Source: an uncultured archaeon
GTDB taxonomy: Archaea > Asgardarchaeota > Lokiarchaeia > Sigyniarchaeales > SOKP01
Direction: 5' to 3'
Assembly (NCBI GenBank): GCA_964525635.1
Contig: CAZGJX010000003.1
Location: 32,001 to 96,000 of the forward strand
DNA: 64,000 nucleotides
In this document: positions 30,750-40,583 of the stretch, piece after piece
Layout of the letters: each line of letters starts with the position of its first letter
How positions within the stretch are numbered: position 1 is the first letter of the stretch
Notes under the pieces: generated by a model
What the model was told of the DNA's origin: nothing
Seen by the model: only the letters and a program-made list of their open reading frames with translations
Databases searched by the model: none
Made by a program: the position numbers and the translations under genes

Positions 30750-31975
30750 AAATGAATAGTGAAAATGAATTAAAAGATAAAAAGAATGATCAAGGAGGAT
30801 TAATTAGAGTTAAGAGTAGCTTATTTAGGATTTTAAAAATGATTAAAAAAGAATTTAGATTATTAAAAACTGATCCTTGGAATTTAGTAATTGCTATATT
30901 AATACCTCCGCTCATTATTATGTTATTTTCTTTTATGACGGGAGAAGCAGGAGAATCACCACCATTACCTGTAGTTATTGTTTCAAATGATTCAAATACT
31001 TTTATAAATCCAAATAATTACACAGAATCAACATTGGATAGTTATTCCATACCTTACATAAATGCTGCGAATAAGTCAGAATTGTTAGATCTTAAGGCCG
31101 TCTATAACTCAACAAAATTTCCATATTCTATGGAAATTGCAAGAGAAGAGTTACTTAAAAGCAAAATTGGTTGTATTATTGTTATTCCTGTAGAATTTAC
31201 GGAATTGTTAGTCTTAGGATATCCCGGAATAATTGAATGTATCCCAGATTCTTCGAGAATTTCTAAAGTTCAAGATAGTATTAATGCAGTATATGATTCG
31301 ATCAAGATTTTTGTTGAAGATAATCATTTAACTCCTCAAATTATTTTAAATGGATTTGAAGAATTTTCTGTCCCAGAAGAATATAATTTAAAATTTAGCT
31401 CTAATATAATACAATTATTACCTCTCATGGTATTTGGGATAGCAAATGTATTGACGATTCTTGTTATCGTTAAAGAAAATCCTATTTCTAGACTCTTACT
31501 AACTCCTGTTAAAAAAACAGAGATACTCATCTCAAAATATTTTACTTATTCGGTCGTATTATTCTTTCAAAATTTGGCTATAATTCTTGCTACAGTATTT
31601 AGTGGATTATATATAAGAGGATCTACTTTCGATCTTTTTGGAGCATTGTATATAATTGGTTATACTGGAATAAGTATGGGTCTTTTTATTAGTTCCATTA
31701 GTAAAACAAAAACAGAAGCAAATCAATTATTTTTTGCTTCTTTTATAATAATAATCCTTTTAAGTGGATTATTTGTCCCATTAGGAAGCATGCCCATATA
31801 TCTAAGTTTATTCGCTCAATTATTGCCTTTATCTCATGCAAATCCCCTAATTAGAAGTGTATTATCAAAAGGGAACTCTATTTTCGGATATCATTTCTAT
31901 ATATTATTATTAGTAAGTTTAGCTTTGAATATTATTACATTTTTAATATTTTATAAAAGGAGGTATGAAGTATAA
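30746..31975 (+). CDS. ABC-2 type transporter permease
   Basis: KKEFRLLKTD, RLLLTPV, LSGLFVP. Confidence 0.9.
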   Translation: MKMNSENELKDKKNDQGGLIRVKSSLFRILKMIKKEFRLLKTDPWNLVIAILIPPLIIMLFSFMTGEAGESPPLPVVIVSNDSNTFINPNNYTESTLDSYSIPYINAANKSELLDLKAVYNSTKFPYSMEIAREELLKSKIGCIIVIPVEFTELLVLGYPGIIECIPDSSRISKVQDSINAVYDSIKIFVEDNHLTPQIILNGFEEFSVPEEYNLKFSSNIIQLLPLMVFGIANVLTILVIVKENPISRLLLTPVKKTEILISKYFTYSVVLFFQNLAIILATVFSGLYIRGSTFDLFGALYIIGYTGISMGLFISSISKTKTEANQLFFASFIIIILLSGLFVPLGSMPIYLSLFAQLLPLSHANPLIRSVLSKGNSIFGYHFYILLLVSLALNIITFLIFYKRRYEV

Positions 31976-32976
31976 TTCTGGGAAATTTAAATTCTAAAAA
32001 TATAATCGTCAATGTAAGAAATCTCAAAGTTAACTTTAAAAAAAAAAAAATTATTCATGACGTATCCTTTCAAGTCTACAAAGGAGAAATTATTGGATTA
32101 TTTGGAATATCTGGGGCAGGTAAGACAACTATAATTAGAGTTCTAACTTGCCAAATAAAGGAAAAAAATTGGAAAGGGATAGTATCAGTAACTAATTTAA
32201 ATCCTAAAAGAAAAAAGAATCATTCAAAAATACTGAGTAATATAGGATATGTTCCTCAGTTAGAATTACTTAATCTATATTATGATTTATCTCCTTTGGT
32301 AAATGTTGAAATATTTGCATCTAATTATGGACTAAAAAAAGAAATTGCATTAAAAGCTGCAAAAGATTTATTTTCAATTTTAGATATCCCAAAAGATACC
32401 TGGAAAAATCCATTAGAAAAACTTAGTGGTGGTGAGAAAAAGAGAGTTTCTATGGCTATTGGTTTAATTCATAAACCTAGTGTATTATTTCTCGATGAGC
32501 CAACGACAGGAGTAGATGCAAACAAACGTTATGATATTTTAAATTATCTAAAGATATTAAATAGAAAATTGGGAACAACTATGTTTTTAATTACACATGA
32601 TCTAGAAGCAGCTTTAATATGTGATAAAACAGCAATTTTAAGAGAAGGAAAATTATTAGAATTTGATGAACCACACAATTTAATATCCTCTCTTCCAAGT
32701 GAAGGAAAATTAGCAAGATTTATAATAGAGGACTTAAATGAGGATATAATTAATTTAATACAAGAATTTCCTTATTGTGAGTTTGTAGTTCGCACGGGAA
32801 ATGATGTATTAGAAGTATTTATGAATGATTTTGAAAAAAATTTTATGGAATTTATCAATTTTTTATTTAACAATAAAGTAAAAATAATTTCAATGAGTAG
32901 AGATATAGCAAATTTTAGGAGATATTTTCAAATACGAATTCAAGAAGAAGAAAGAAAAATTTATGAAAATTTATGA
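31972..32976 (+). CDS. ABC transporter ATP-binding protein (true start upstream of the track ORF, non-AUG)
   Basis: Frame open from 31969 and includes Walker A GISGAGKTT; LSGGE, FLDEPT; only ATA/ATT/CTG available as starts, after AGGAGGT (31958-31964). Confidence 0.85.
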   Translation: MILGNLNSKNIIVNVRNLKVNFKKKKIIHDVSFQVYKGEIIGLFGISGAGKTTIIRVLTCQIKEKNWKGIVSVTNLNPKRKKNHSKILSNIGYVPQLELLNLYYDLSPLVNVEIFASNYGLKKEIALKAAKDLFSILDIPKDTWKNPLEKLSGGEKKRVSMAIGLIHKPSVLFLDEPTTGVDANKRYDILNYLKILNRKLGTTMFLITHDLEAALICDKTAILREGKLLEFDEPHNLISSLPSEGKLARFIIEDLNEDIINLIQEFPYCEFVVRTGNDVLEVFMNDFEKNFMEFINFLFNNKVKIISMSRDIANFRRYFQIRIQEEERKIYENL

Positions 32977-33002
32977 TTAATTTTACCGAAAGGTGATAAA
33001 TA

Positions 33003-36000
33003 ATAGAAAGAAAGAAAAAAAGACGATTAATATATATTATATTAATTATTGGTATATTTACAGGTGAATTTATACTCCAATGGATTATCAATATACCATT
33101 TATAGAATATTTAAGTGAAAGTGAGGTAAAAAAGTATAAAGATAATATGGGTTATTTTGCTTATACTCACCAAAATCCTGACAGTGGGCTTTTTGTTGAA
33201 CCTTCTATCGCTTATAATTATAGAGCAATAGATTCAATTAATTTTTCTGACTCTACTTTTAAAAATTCTAATTTAACTAATCCTATTGATAATTCTTATC
33301 TTGATGTAGAAAATAGTCAATTTTTCTTGGATTATTTATTTGAGAAGCAAAATTCAGATGGTTCTTTTTCGGATATTGGAGGAATTGGAAATATGATTTC
33401 AACTTATCAAGTTGTTAAAACTATAGATAAATTAAATAGTTCTTATTTAGATACACCAGATAAATTGGAAAGAGTTGATAAAATTATTGATTTTATAAAT
33501 ATTTCTATGGGTGAGAATGGTTGGGGCTTTAAAGCTCATCCAATCGCAAATGTTTCAGATATTATTTCAACATATTATGCAATAAAACTAGCTAAACGGT
33601 TTAATAATTATTCAATATTACAGAATAGTAACATAAGTGTATTTATAAATTCTACTAGGTATTTAGCTCAAGGAGGTTATGGCCTCACAAGTTATAGTCC
33701 CATAGTAACTCCAGAAACTACCTATTTTGGAATAAAAGCTCATCTAGAAATGGATTATAATTTCACTTTAGAGGATTTAGTCTTACTTGAAACATTTTTT
33801 TTTTTAAGAAGAGATCTTTTAGGGGGATATAAAGACTCTATGACGGGTATAACCAATGTAATATCAACATATTATGCACTTGCTTCACAATATCTTCTAA
33901 ATATACCACTCTCTGATTCATTTGAAGAAGTTACATTAGATTTTATACTTGATTGTCAATTACCTGATGGAAGTTTTGAATATTATCTTAATGTAATTTT
34001 GGATATCCCACGATTTAAATCTGGTTGGGCTGCCATGAAAGCTATTTCTTTATTAGAATATAATGCTACAGCACCTCTTAGCGTAGCTAATAGTGTTAAA
34101 AGCAAATATTATAATTGGTTATATAAAAATCAAGCAATGAATGGTTTAGTTGGACAAATATCTCTCCAAACAAATTATTTTGGGGTATTATCTTTACATA
34201 ACTACGATATTCAGAATTATACTTATTATATTAAGATGAATGAAATCTTAAAATATGCGGATTCCTGTTACAATCCTAATGATGGTGGTTTTGGCTCTAA
34301 ACCAAATTCTAATTCAACTATTTTTTCAACTTATTGTGCGATTTTTTTATATAACTTATTTCTCCCTTATAATATATCTTATCTTCCTAATGCAACAGCA
34401 ACGAAATTATATTTTAAAACAATTCAAAATGAGGATGGAGGTTATAAAGTAGGTGAAGATATAGATGTTGTTATTTCCTTCTTTGGTTCCGTATATGAGC
34501 CAATCTTACATTTAATAAATACAAATATCTCTACAGTTATAAGTACATATTGGGCATTAAGTAGTCTAAATGATCTAGATGCATTAGATATAATCAATAC
34601 TACTTCTTTACAACATTGGATTTTTTCATGTCAGAATGCAGATGGAGGATATTCATTATTCATTGGATTTCATTCAGATGTAATTTCAACATATTATGGA
34701 TTAGAAATTCTTAGATTCTTTAATCTAGAACCCCTTTCTAAAATAGCTGCGCTAGAATTCCTTAAAAAAGCACAATCAGAAGATGGAAGTTTCATTCTAA
34801 TACCATATCTTTCGTTATTATTTGATTTACCCACTTCCTTTATTGGTAATTATTTAGGCTCAATTTCCTTATATTATTATAGATCACAACCCCAAAACTT
34901 ACCTAATCTAGCTAAGTGGTTTAGAAATTGTTTCAGTAATATTACAGGGGGAGTTGGAGATTATCCTTTTTTTGGAGGGGATCTTAGAAATACTCCTTAT
35001 GGATTACTTATAATTGATCGTATTAGATTTGATCAAGCTTTTGATCCGTTACCATGGACTCGACTGATTTTTTGGATAATGATTTCAGAAATTATAGTAC
35101 TATTGTTAATTGTGATGCTTAATATGGTTTCATATGTAAACCTATCTGTAGTTAGAATACTAAAATTAAAATTAGGTATAGGAGACAAATTAAATGTTGA
35201 ATATTTAAAAAGATATCCAGCAATATATTGTGAAAATTTAAATATCTTTGTAGGTAAAAAGCTAATTGTTGATGGTGTATCTTTAGAATTAAATCATGGA
35301 AAAATATTAGGCGTATTAGGAGAAAGTGGAGCAGGAAAATCGACTTTTATAAAAGCTTTGTTAGGTATGAGAAAATATAAAGGTAAATGTGAAGTTTATG
35401 GGATGGATGCACGGAAAAACAGAAAGAAATTTAGACCTGTTTTTGGATATGTCCCGCAAGACTTAGGTAAAATTTATTCCAATTTTACTACTCTACAAAA
35501 TTTAATCTATTTTGGAAGTCAATACGGTCTTTCTGAAAAACAAATAATTAGTAGAGCAAAAAGATTATTAAGAAGCTTAGAGATTGAAGATAAAATAAAT
35601 GAACCTGTAAAAACACTATCAGGAGGTCAAAAAAGAAGAGTTAGTATTGCAATGGCTTTAATTCATACACCAATCTTTTGTATATTGGATGAACCTACAT
35701 CTGGCTTAGATCCTGTAGTTAGAGAAAATCTATGGCTTGCACTTACTAAGATAAATGAAAGATTTAATACTACTCTTCTGGTTATTTCTCATTATCCAGA
35801 GGAATCAAGATTTTGTAATAAAGTCGTAGTATTTGGTAGAAAAAGAGGAATGATAGATTTTGGCAATCCAAAGGATTTATTAGCTCAATTACCTGGAAAA
35901 GGAAGAACTATTGAATTATCTTTTAATGATTTATATGAAAATGGAGTTCAACGTTTAGAATCAATAATAGGAATTGAAAAAGCTCTTGAAAATAAAGTAG

Positions 36001-36161
36001 GGAAGGATTTTATAATATTAACAGATTTGAATTTAAATGAAACTAAAAATAGAATTGAAATGGAATTCGGTAAAAACTCAATATCAGAATTGAAGCAATC
36101 TGATGCTAAAATGGAAGAATATTTTAGGTATAAAGCACTAGAAATTCAGGATTTAATTTAA
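33003..36161 (+). CDS. fusion: N-terminal anchor, prenyltransferase/squalene-cyclase-like repeats, TM helix, ABC ATPase
   Basis: Repeats QNSDGSF, CQLPDGSF, CQNADGGY...STYY; GESGAGKST, LSGGQ, ILDEPT; frame open upstream of ATG 33147 to ATA 33000/33003. Confidence 0.8.
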   Translation: MERKKKRRLIYIILIIGIFTGEFILQWIINIPFIEYLSESEVKKYKDNMGYFAYTHQNPDSGLFVEPSIAYNYRAIDSINFSDSTFKNSNLTNPIDNSYLDVENSQFFLDYLFEKQNSDGSFSDIGGIGNMISTYQVVKTIDKLNSSYLDTPDKLERVDKIIDFINISMGENGWGFKAHPIANVSDIISTYYAIKLAKRFNNYSILQNSNISVFINSTRYLAQGGYGLTSYSPIVTPETTYFGIKAHLEMDYNFTLEDLVLLETFFFLRRDLLGGYKDSMTGITNVISTYYALASQYLLNIPLSDSFEEVTLDFILDCQLPDGSFEYYLNVILDIPRFKSGWAAMKAISLLEYNATAPLSVANSVKSKYYNWLYKNQAMNGLVGQISLQTNYFGVLSLHNYDIQNYTYYIKMNEILKYADSCYNPNDGGFGSKPNSNSTIFSTYCAIFLYNLFLPYNISYLPNATATKLYFKTIQNEDGGYKVGEDIDVVISFFGSVYEPILHLINTNISTVISTYWALSSLNDLDALDIINTTSLQHWIFSCQNADGGYSLFIGFHSDVISTYYGLEILRFFNLEPLSKIAALEFLKKAQSEDGSFILIPYLSLLFDLPTSFIGNYLGSISLYYYRSQPQNLPNLAKWFRNCFSNITGGVGDYPFFGGDLRNTPYGLLIIDRIRFDQAFDPLPWTRLIFWIMISEIIVLLLIVMLNMVSYVNLSVVRILKLKLGIGDKLNVEYLKRYPAIYCENLNIFVGKKLIVDGVSLELNHGKILGVLGESGAGKSTFIKALLGMRKYKGKCEVYGMDARKNRKKFRPVFGYVPQDLGKIYSNFTTLQNLIYFGSQYGLSEKQIISRAKRLLRSLEIEDKINEPVKTLSGGQKRRVSIAMALIHTPIFCILDEPTSGLDPVVRENLWLALTKINERFNTTLLVISHYPEESRFCNKVVVFGRKRGMIDFGNPKDLLAQLPGKGRTIELSFNDLYENGVQRLESIIGIEKALENKVGKDFIILTDLNLNETKNRIEMEFGKNSISELKQSDAKMEEYFRYKALEIQDLI

Positions 36162-36184
36162 AAATGATTGATGTAAGAAAATAC

Positions 36185-36904
36185 TTATTTAAATCGCTCA
36201 ATTAATCCTTTATAAATTAGATAAAAACATATTATTGATGAGAGTGCTGTAATATTCATAATTATTCTTAACAATTCGATATTTAGATAATTAATAAGGA
36301 ATTCTGATAAAAATATTGCTAATAATCCAAAAACTCCCAAATAAAAAATTCGAAAATGTTCTTTTAATTTTTCATTTTCCATAGCATTGTATATTTCTTT
36401 TATAGTTCTCAATAAAGGAATAATCGAAATAAGAAGGACACAAATTATTATAAATAGGAAGAAATAAATATTAAGGACTATGTATCCTGACTTAAAGGTT
36501 ATTTTATCAAGAATAGCTGCAAAAGTCATACCTAATATTAAAGATACTGCATAAATCTTTAGATAGTTGTTAATTTGAGACTTTTGAAAAGTTATCGATG
36601 ATTTAATAATTATTTTATTTACTATATATAAAAATCCAAAAGCATAACAATTAAAAAAAGCAGAAATAATGTAGAAAATGATTAGTATAATTTCAAATAC
36701 ACCAACTATTAATAAAGTAAAATATACAATCATTGCAATACTCCCTAATGCAATTGCTATAAAAAACCAGGAAAAATATAAATTTAATTGCTCATCTTTA
36801 GATTTTAATATTTTATAGCTAAATAATAAAAAGAAACTAACTAAAGCTAACTGCATACAATATGTTAGTACTATATCATAAAGAGAGAATATTTCATTAA
36901 TCAT
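36185..36904 (-). CDS. approximately 7-TM membrane protein
   Basis: About seven hydrophobic segments in 239 aa with no soluble domain. Confidence 0.6.
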   Translation of the reverse strand: MINEIFSLYDIVLTYCMQLALVSFFLLFSYKILKSKDEQLNLYFSWFFIAIALGSIAMIVYFTLLIVGVFEIILIIFYIISAFFNCYAFGFLYIVNKIIIKSSITFQKSQINNYLKIYAVSLILGMTFAAILDKITFKSGYIVLNIYFFLFIIICVLLISIIPLLRTIKEIYNAMENEKLKEHFRIFYLGVFGLLAIFLSEFLINYLNIELLRIIMNITALSSIICFYLIYKGLIERFK

Positions 36905-37108
36905 ATGTTATTTTGAAAAGATTTTGAATTTTTTTTATGAATATTTTAATTATTATATAAACTTAGATATAAAAGTTATATTTCTATTTTTGGGAAAAAA
37001 TTATTTTTTATTTTGTAATCCTAAACTATCACAATAACTCATTCTTTTAATTTATTTTAATATATTAGGATTAATAATTTTATAATTTTCTTTTTGTACC
37101 AAAGAGAT

Positions 37109-37567
37109 TTATTTAGAGAAAAGCAATGATATTTTATCCTCTATATTATTCTTAGATATTCCAAGAATATTATCAATAATATTTTTGAATTGGATAAATT
37201 GTGTGGAATATGAAAAATCATGACCATGATAATTTACTTTAAATTTATGTAAAATGTTTTCTAATAGAGGATTAATTTTTCTTTTTACATTTTTATCGAA
37301 TTTTTCATTCTTATCTAATATAAGATAGGCAAAGATATCTGTTATCTCTGAATTAATAGTATTAATTTTTTCCTTTTTAAAAATAAAATTATATTTAGTA
37401 CTTTCAAAAGACTCTATTGGCGAAATAAGGGTTTCAGCAAAATTTAATAAACAAGAAAGTAATGCACATTTATGAATTAAATCCTCATCCTTTTCACTAG
37501 GATTAATATAATTAGCACTTATTATAGGAATACCCCCGATAATAATACCTGCTTCATAAATTTGCAT
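37109..37567 (-). CDS. longin/roadblock-like small protein
   Basis: IYEAGIIIGGIPII..., ALLSCLLNFAETL, LENILHKF pattern. Confidence 0.55.
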   Translation of the reverse strand: MQIYEAGIIIGGIPIISANYINPSEKDEDLIHKCALLSCLLNFAETLISPIESFESTKYNFIFKKEKINTINSEITDIFAYLILDKNEKFDKNVKRKINPLLENILHKFKVNYHGHDFSYSTQFIQFKNIIDNILGISKNNIEDKISLLFSK

Positions 37568-37846
37568 TTTTATTATATATTTCTTTAATTTAAATATATA
37601 TTTATAAAAATTTTAACCCGATATAATAGTAAATTCCTCTATATTTATATTTTTTTTAGGAAAAAAAAAATATTAAATTATCTTTTTATGGTACTTGATA
37701 TTATTAAATTGGGAAATAACCATTTATTCCAGTAATTCATATGAATTAACATTAAAGTTAATAAATCTAAAAATATATCAAATTCATAAGCATTTATAAG
37801 GATAATTTATTCTTAAGGTATTTATAAAATAACGGTTTTGTGAAGA

Positions 37847-39559
37847 TTGAATAACTATAGAAAAGAAGAATTAGAATTAATTAGAAAAAAAATAATAGAT
37901 GCTATTCGATTTTCTGAGCGTTATTGGATGATTTATAAGAAAAATACTTTTGGATTTTCAACAATATTAGATTTGAATTATAAAAAGAGTTACATCGAAG
38001 TATTACTATTTTCGAATTATGATGTCTTGCATGAAGGAGTACCTTTAATAGAAATAAACACACCTATAGAAACAGAACTTGATTTTAATACAATTATTGT
38101 TGATCCTGATTTTGATGATGATGGACTAATAAGTCCTATAAAAATAATTGAACGAATTAATATATTAATTAATAAGGAATATCAATATCATATTGATTTT
38201 TTAAATAAAGAAATTGAATTAATGAACGAAGAATTTGAGAATTATCCATTTAAAGATATCCCCTATTTTAGGAAAATTCGAATTTATTTCCCTGATTTTT
38301 ATATTAAATTGAAAATTAATTTTGAGCTTTATCCATCAAAACCAACATTTTACTTTTCAAAATTTCTTTCAAGAATAATAAAATTAGTAGAATTTTTAAA
38401 TATTGATCCTATTAAGAATTGGAATGAATTAGAACCTCCTCATTTAGTAGATATATTAAAATATTTAATTAAACTTATTATTAAATCCCTTAAAATTAAG
38501 AATTATTACAAAAATTCTCAATATTTATTATTAGATAATTTTTTGTTAGAAAAAGATATAGATAAAATATCTTTTAAAATTCACAGAGGACAATCAATTG
38601 GAATATTATATGAGGGAACATCTGAAGAAAATAATGATCAAACTAGCATGAACATATTATTTAAAAGTATTATGGGGGAAATAAAAAATTTTTCAGGAGT
38701 TATAGATATATTTGGTAAATTTATTCAGCTGGTAGATAGAAAAGATCTAACAGGTATTATTAATATATCTAATTCAATAGATTTCAAAAAAGAAAATATG
38801 AAAATTAAGAAAGCAATTAAATATGGTATTAAATTAAAACCTAAATTAACACCCTATAGCACAGTTATATTAGGTAACCTACAAAATAAGGATAATATAT
38901 TATTAAGAAAATCATGGCTTTTAAAAAATCCTATTTTTAAAAGTTTCTCAATTCTTAAGAAATTTAATAAAAAAAGAGAAATTATCAATAAAACTTTAGA
39001 AATAACAGGATTATCAAGTAAACTAAATTTAAAAGTATTTCAATTAAAGAAATTTGATCTTTTATTATTATCTATAGCAAGGGCTCTTGTTCAATTACCA
39101 AAGATAATAATTTTTCCGATTCCTCAAGGCATCTTAAATAGATTGGAATATGAAAGATTAAATAATTATTTAGAAATTATAAAAAAAAAGTTCCATATTG
39201 CACTTATAATTCATGGACCCGAGATAGTTGTTTCTAAATGTGACAAAATTTTAACTATTACAGGGAAGAAAGCTGATTCTGGAACAATGAAAGAATTAAT
39301 TAAAAAAATACCACAATCAGGAGAATTAATTTCAATTGAATTAAATTATCCAAAAGAGGAAGAGTTAAATGAATTATTTCAATTAGAATCGGTTATAGTC
39401 CTTGAAGAGAGAAAATATGAAAAATATAAATTATTTCCAAAAGAAGATCCAGATAAATTAATTAGAAAAGTAATCCGTATATTTGGAGCTGATTTATATA
39501 GTTTTAAACGTTATAAAGCGTCTCTACATGAATTTGTTGAATTTTTAAGAATTTCATAA
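37847..39559 (+). CDS. UEV/RWD-like domain fused to a degenerate ABC ATPase
   Basis: INFELYPSKPTFYF...NWNELEPPHLVDIL; ABC scaffold ISFKIHRGQSIGIL, LSIARAL with Walker A/B and signature motif lost. Confidence 0.6.
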   Translation: MNNYRKEELELIRKKIIDAIRFSERYWMIYKKNTFGFSTILDLNYKKSYIEVLLFSNYDVLHEGVPLIEINTPIETELDFNTIIVDPDFDDDGLISPIKIIERINILINKEYQYHIDFLNKEIELMNEEFENYPFKDIPYFRKIRIYFPDFYIKLKINFELYPSKPTFYFSKFLSRIIKLVEFLNIDPIKNWNELEPPHLVDILKYLIKLIIKSLKIKNYYKNSQYLLLDNFLLEKDIDKISFKIHRGQSIGILYEGTSEENNDQTSMNILFKSIMGEIKNFSGVIDIFGKFIQLVDRKDLTGIINISNSIDFKKENMKIKKAIKYGIKLKPKLTPYSTVILGNLQNKDNILLRKSWLLKNPIFKSFSILKKFNKKREIINKTLEITGLSSKLNLKVFQLKKFDLLLLSIARALVQLPKIIIFPIPQGILNRLEYERLNNYLEIIKKKFHIALIIHGPEIVVSKCDKILTITGKKADSGTMKELIKKIPQSGELISIELNYPKEEELNELFQLESVIVLEERKYEKYKLFPKEDPDKLIRKVIRIFGADLYSFKRYKASLHEFVEFLRIS

Positions 39560-39582
39560 TTAAATTAAAAAGAGGAAGTTAT

Positions 39583-40407
39583 ATGATTAAGAATATCTAT
39601 ATTTTAAGCAGAAATGGGATGTTGCTATATTCAAAAAATTTTATTGAACAAAAATACGATGATAATTTATTAATTGGATTCTTTACGTCAGTAGAAAATT
39701 TTAGTCGAGAAGCTTTAGAAAGTATTGTAAAATTTATAGATCTTGGTGTAGATAATAAATTAATCCTTAAACCAAAACCAGATGAAAAGATCTTTGGTGC
39801 AGCTATAGTAAGTTCTAAGGATAACAATATATTAGTGGGTAAGATACTTGATAACATATTGCAAGATTTTATTGATGATTTTTCACCTGATTATAATCTT
39901 GATAGAAAAAGTAAAAGTAAAATGGATAAAAATATAGAGGACAATCTAAAAAAACGGACATCTTCATCATTAAGAATTAGAATATTAAAAACTTGGTTAA
40001 TATTAGGACCACTTGGATTATTACTTACAATTATTAACATAATGGCGACAGAATATTTTATTTCATCCAGACAATCTGAATATGGATCTTTTTTTTATAT
40101 GGAAGATATTCTATTAAGCATAATACCACAAGTAGTTTTAATTTCTTTAGCTGAACTTGTTTTAGTATTTGGTGTTGCTAATTTCATATCTGGATATATA
40201 ATATTAGACCTCAAGCTAGCTGCTATAAATGTACTTCTATATTTTGGTTATATTCTTATCTTTTACTTTATATCTGTAAAACCTGTCTTAGCTCTGATTA
40301 TTCTCACGTTTTTTCCATTCATTATAGTCGCATCTTTATTGGCAGCATATCTTGGTTATGTTTTAGCGCTTCAGAGAATAACACTTAGAGTAAAAGAAAT
40401 AGATTAA
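39583..40407 (+). CDS. longin-like domain plus about 4 TM helices
   Basis: IKNIYILSRNGMLLYSKNF...LLIGFFTSVENFSRE; hydrophobic C-terminal half. Confidence 0.65.
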   Translation: MIKNIYILSRNGMLLYSKNFIEQKYDDNLLIGFFTSVENFSREALESIVKFIDLGVDNKLILKPKPDEKIFGAAIVSSKDNNILVGKILDNILQDFIDDFSPDYNLDRKSKSKMDKNIEDNLKKRTSSSLRIRILKTWLILGPLGLLLTIINIMATEYFISSRQSEYGSFFYMEDILLSIIPQVVLISLAELVLVFGVANFISGYIILDLKLAAINVLLYFGYILIFYFISVKPVLALIILTFFPFIIVASLLAAYLGYVLALQRITLRVKEID

Positions 40408-40583
40408 AGAGGATTATTTTCAATTTTTTTGTAACTCAAATTATTTAGTCTAATAATTCTAATGATAATAATTTAATAATCTATGAATAATCTTAAAAAT
40501 AAATATAATTTATTTATAGTAAAATAATAAAATAATGAGCTAAAGGCAACAAAGAATAGGATAAAATAAAGGGAGATATAATA

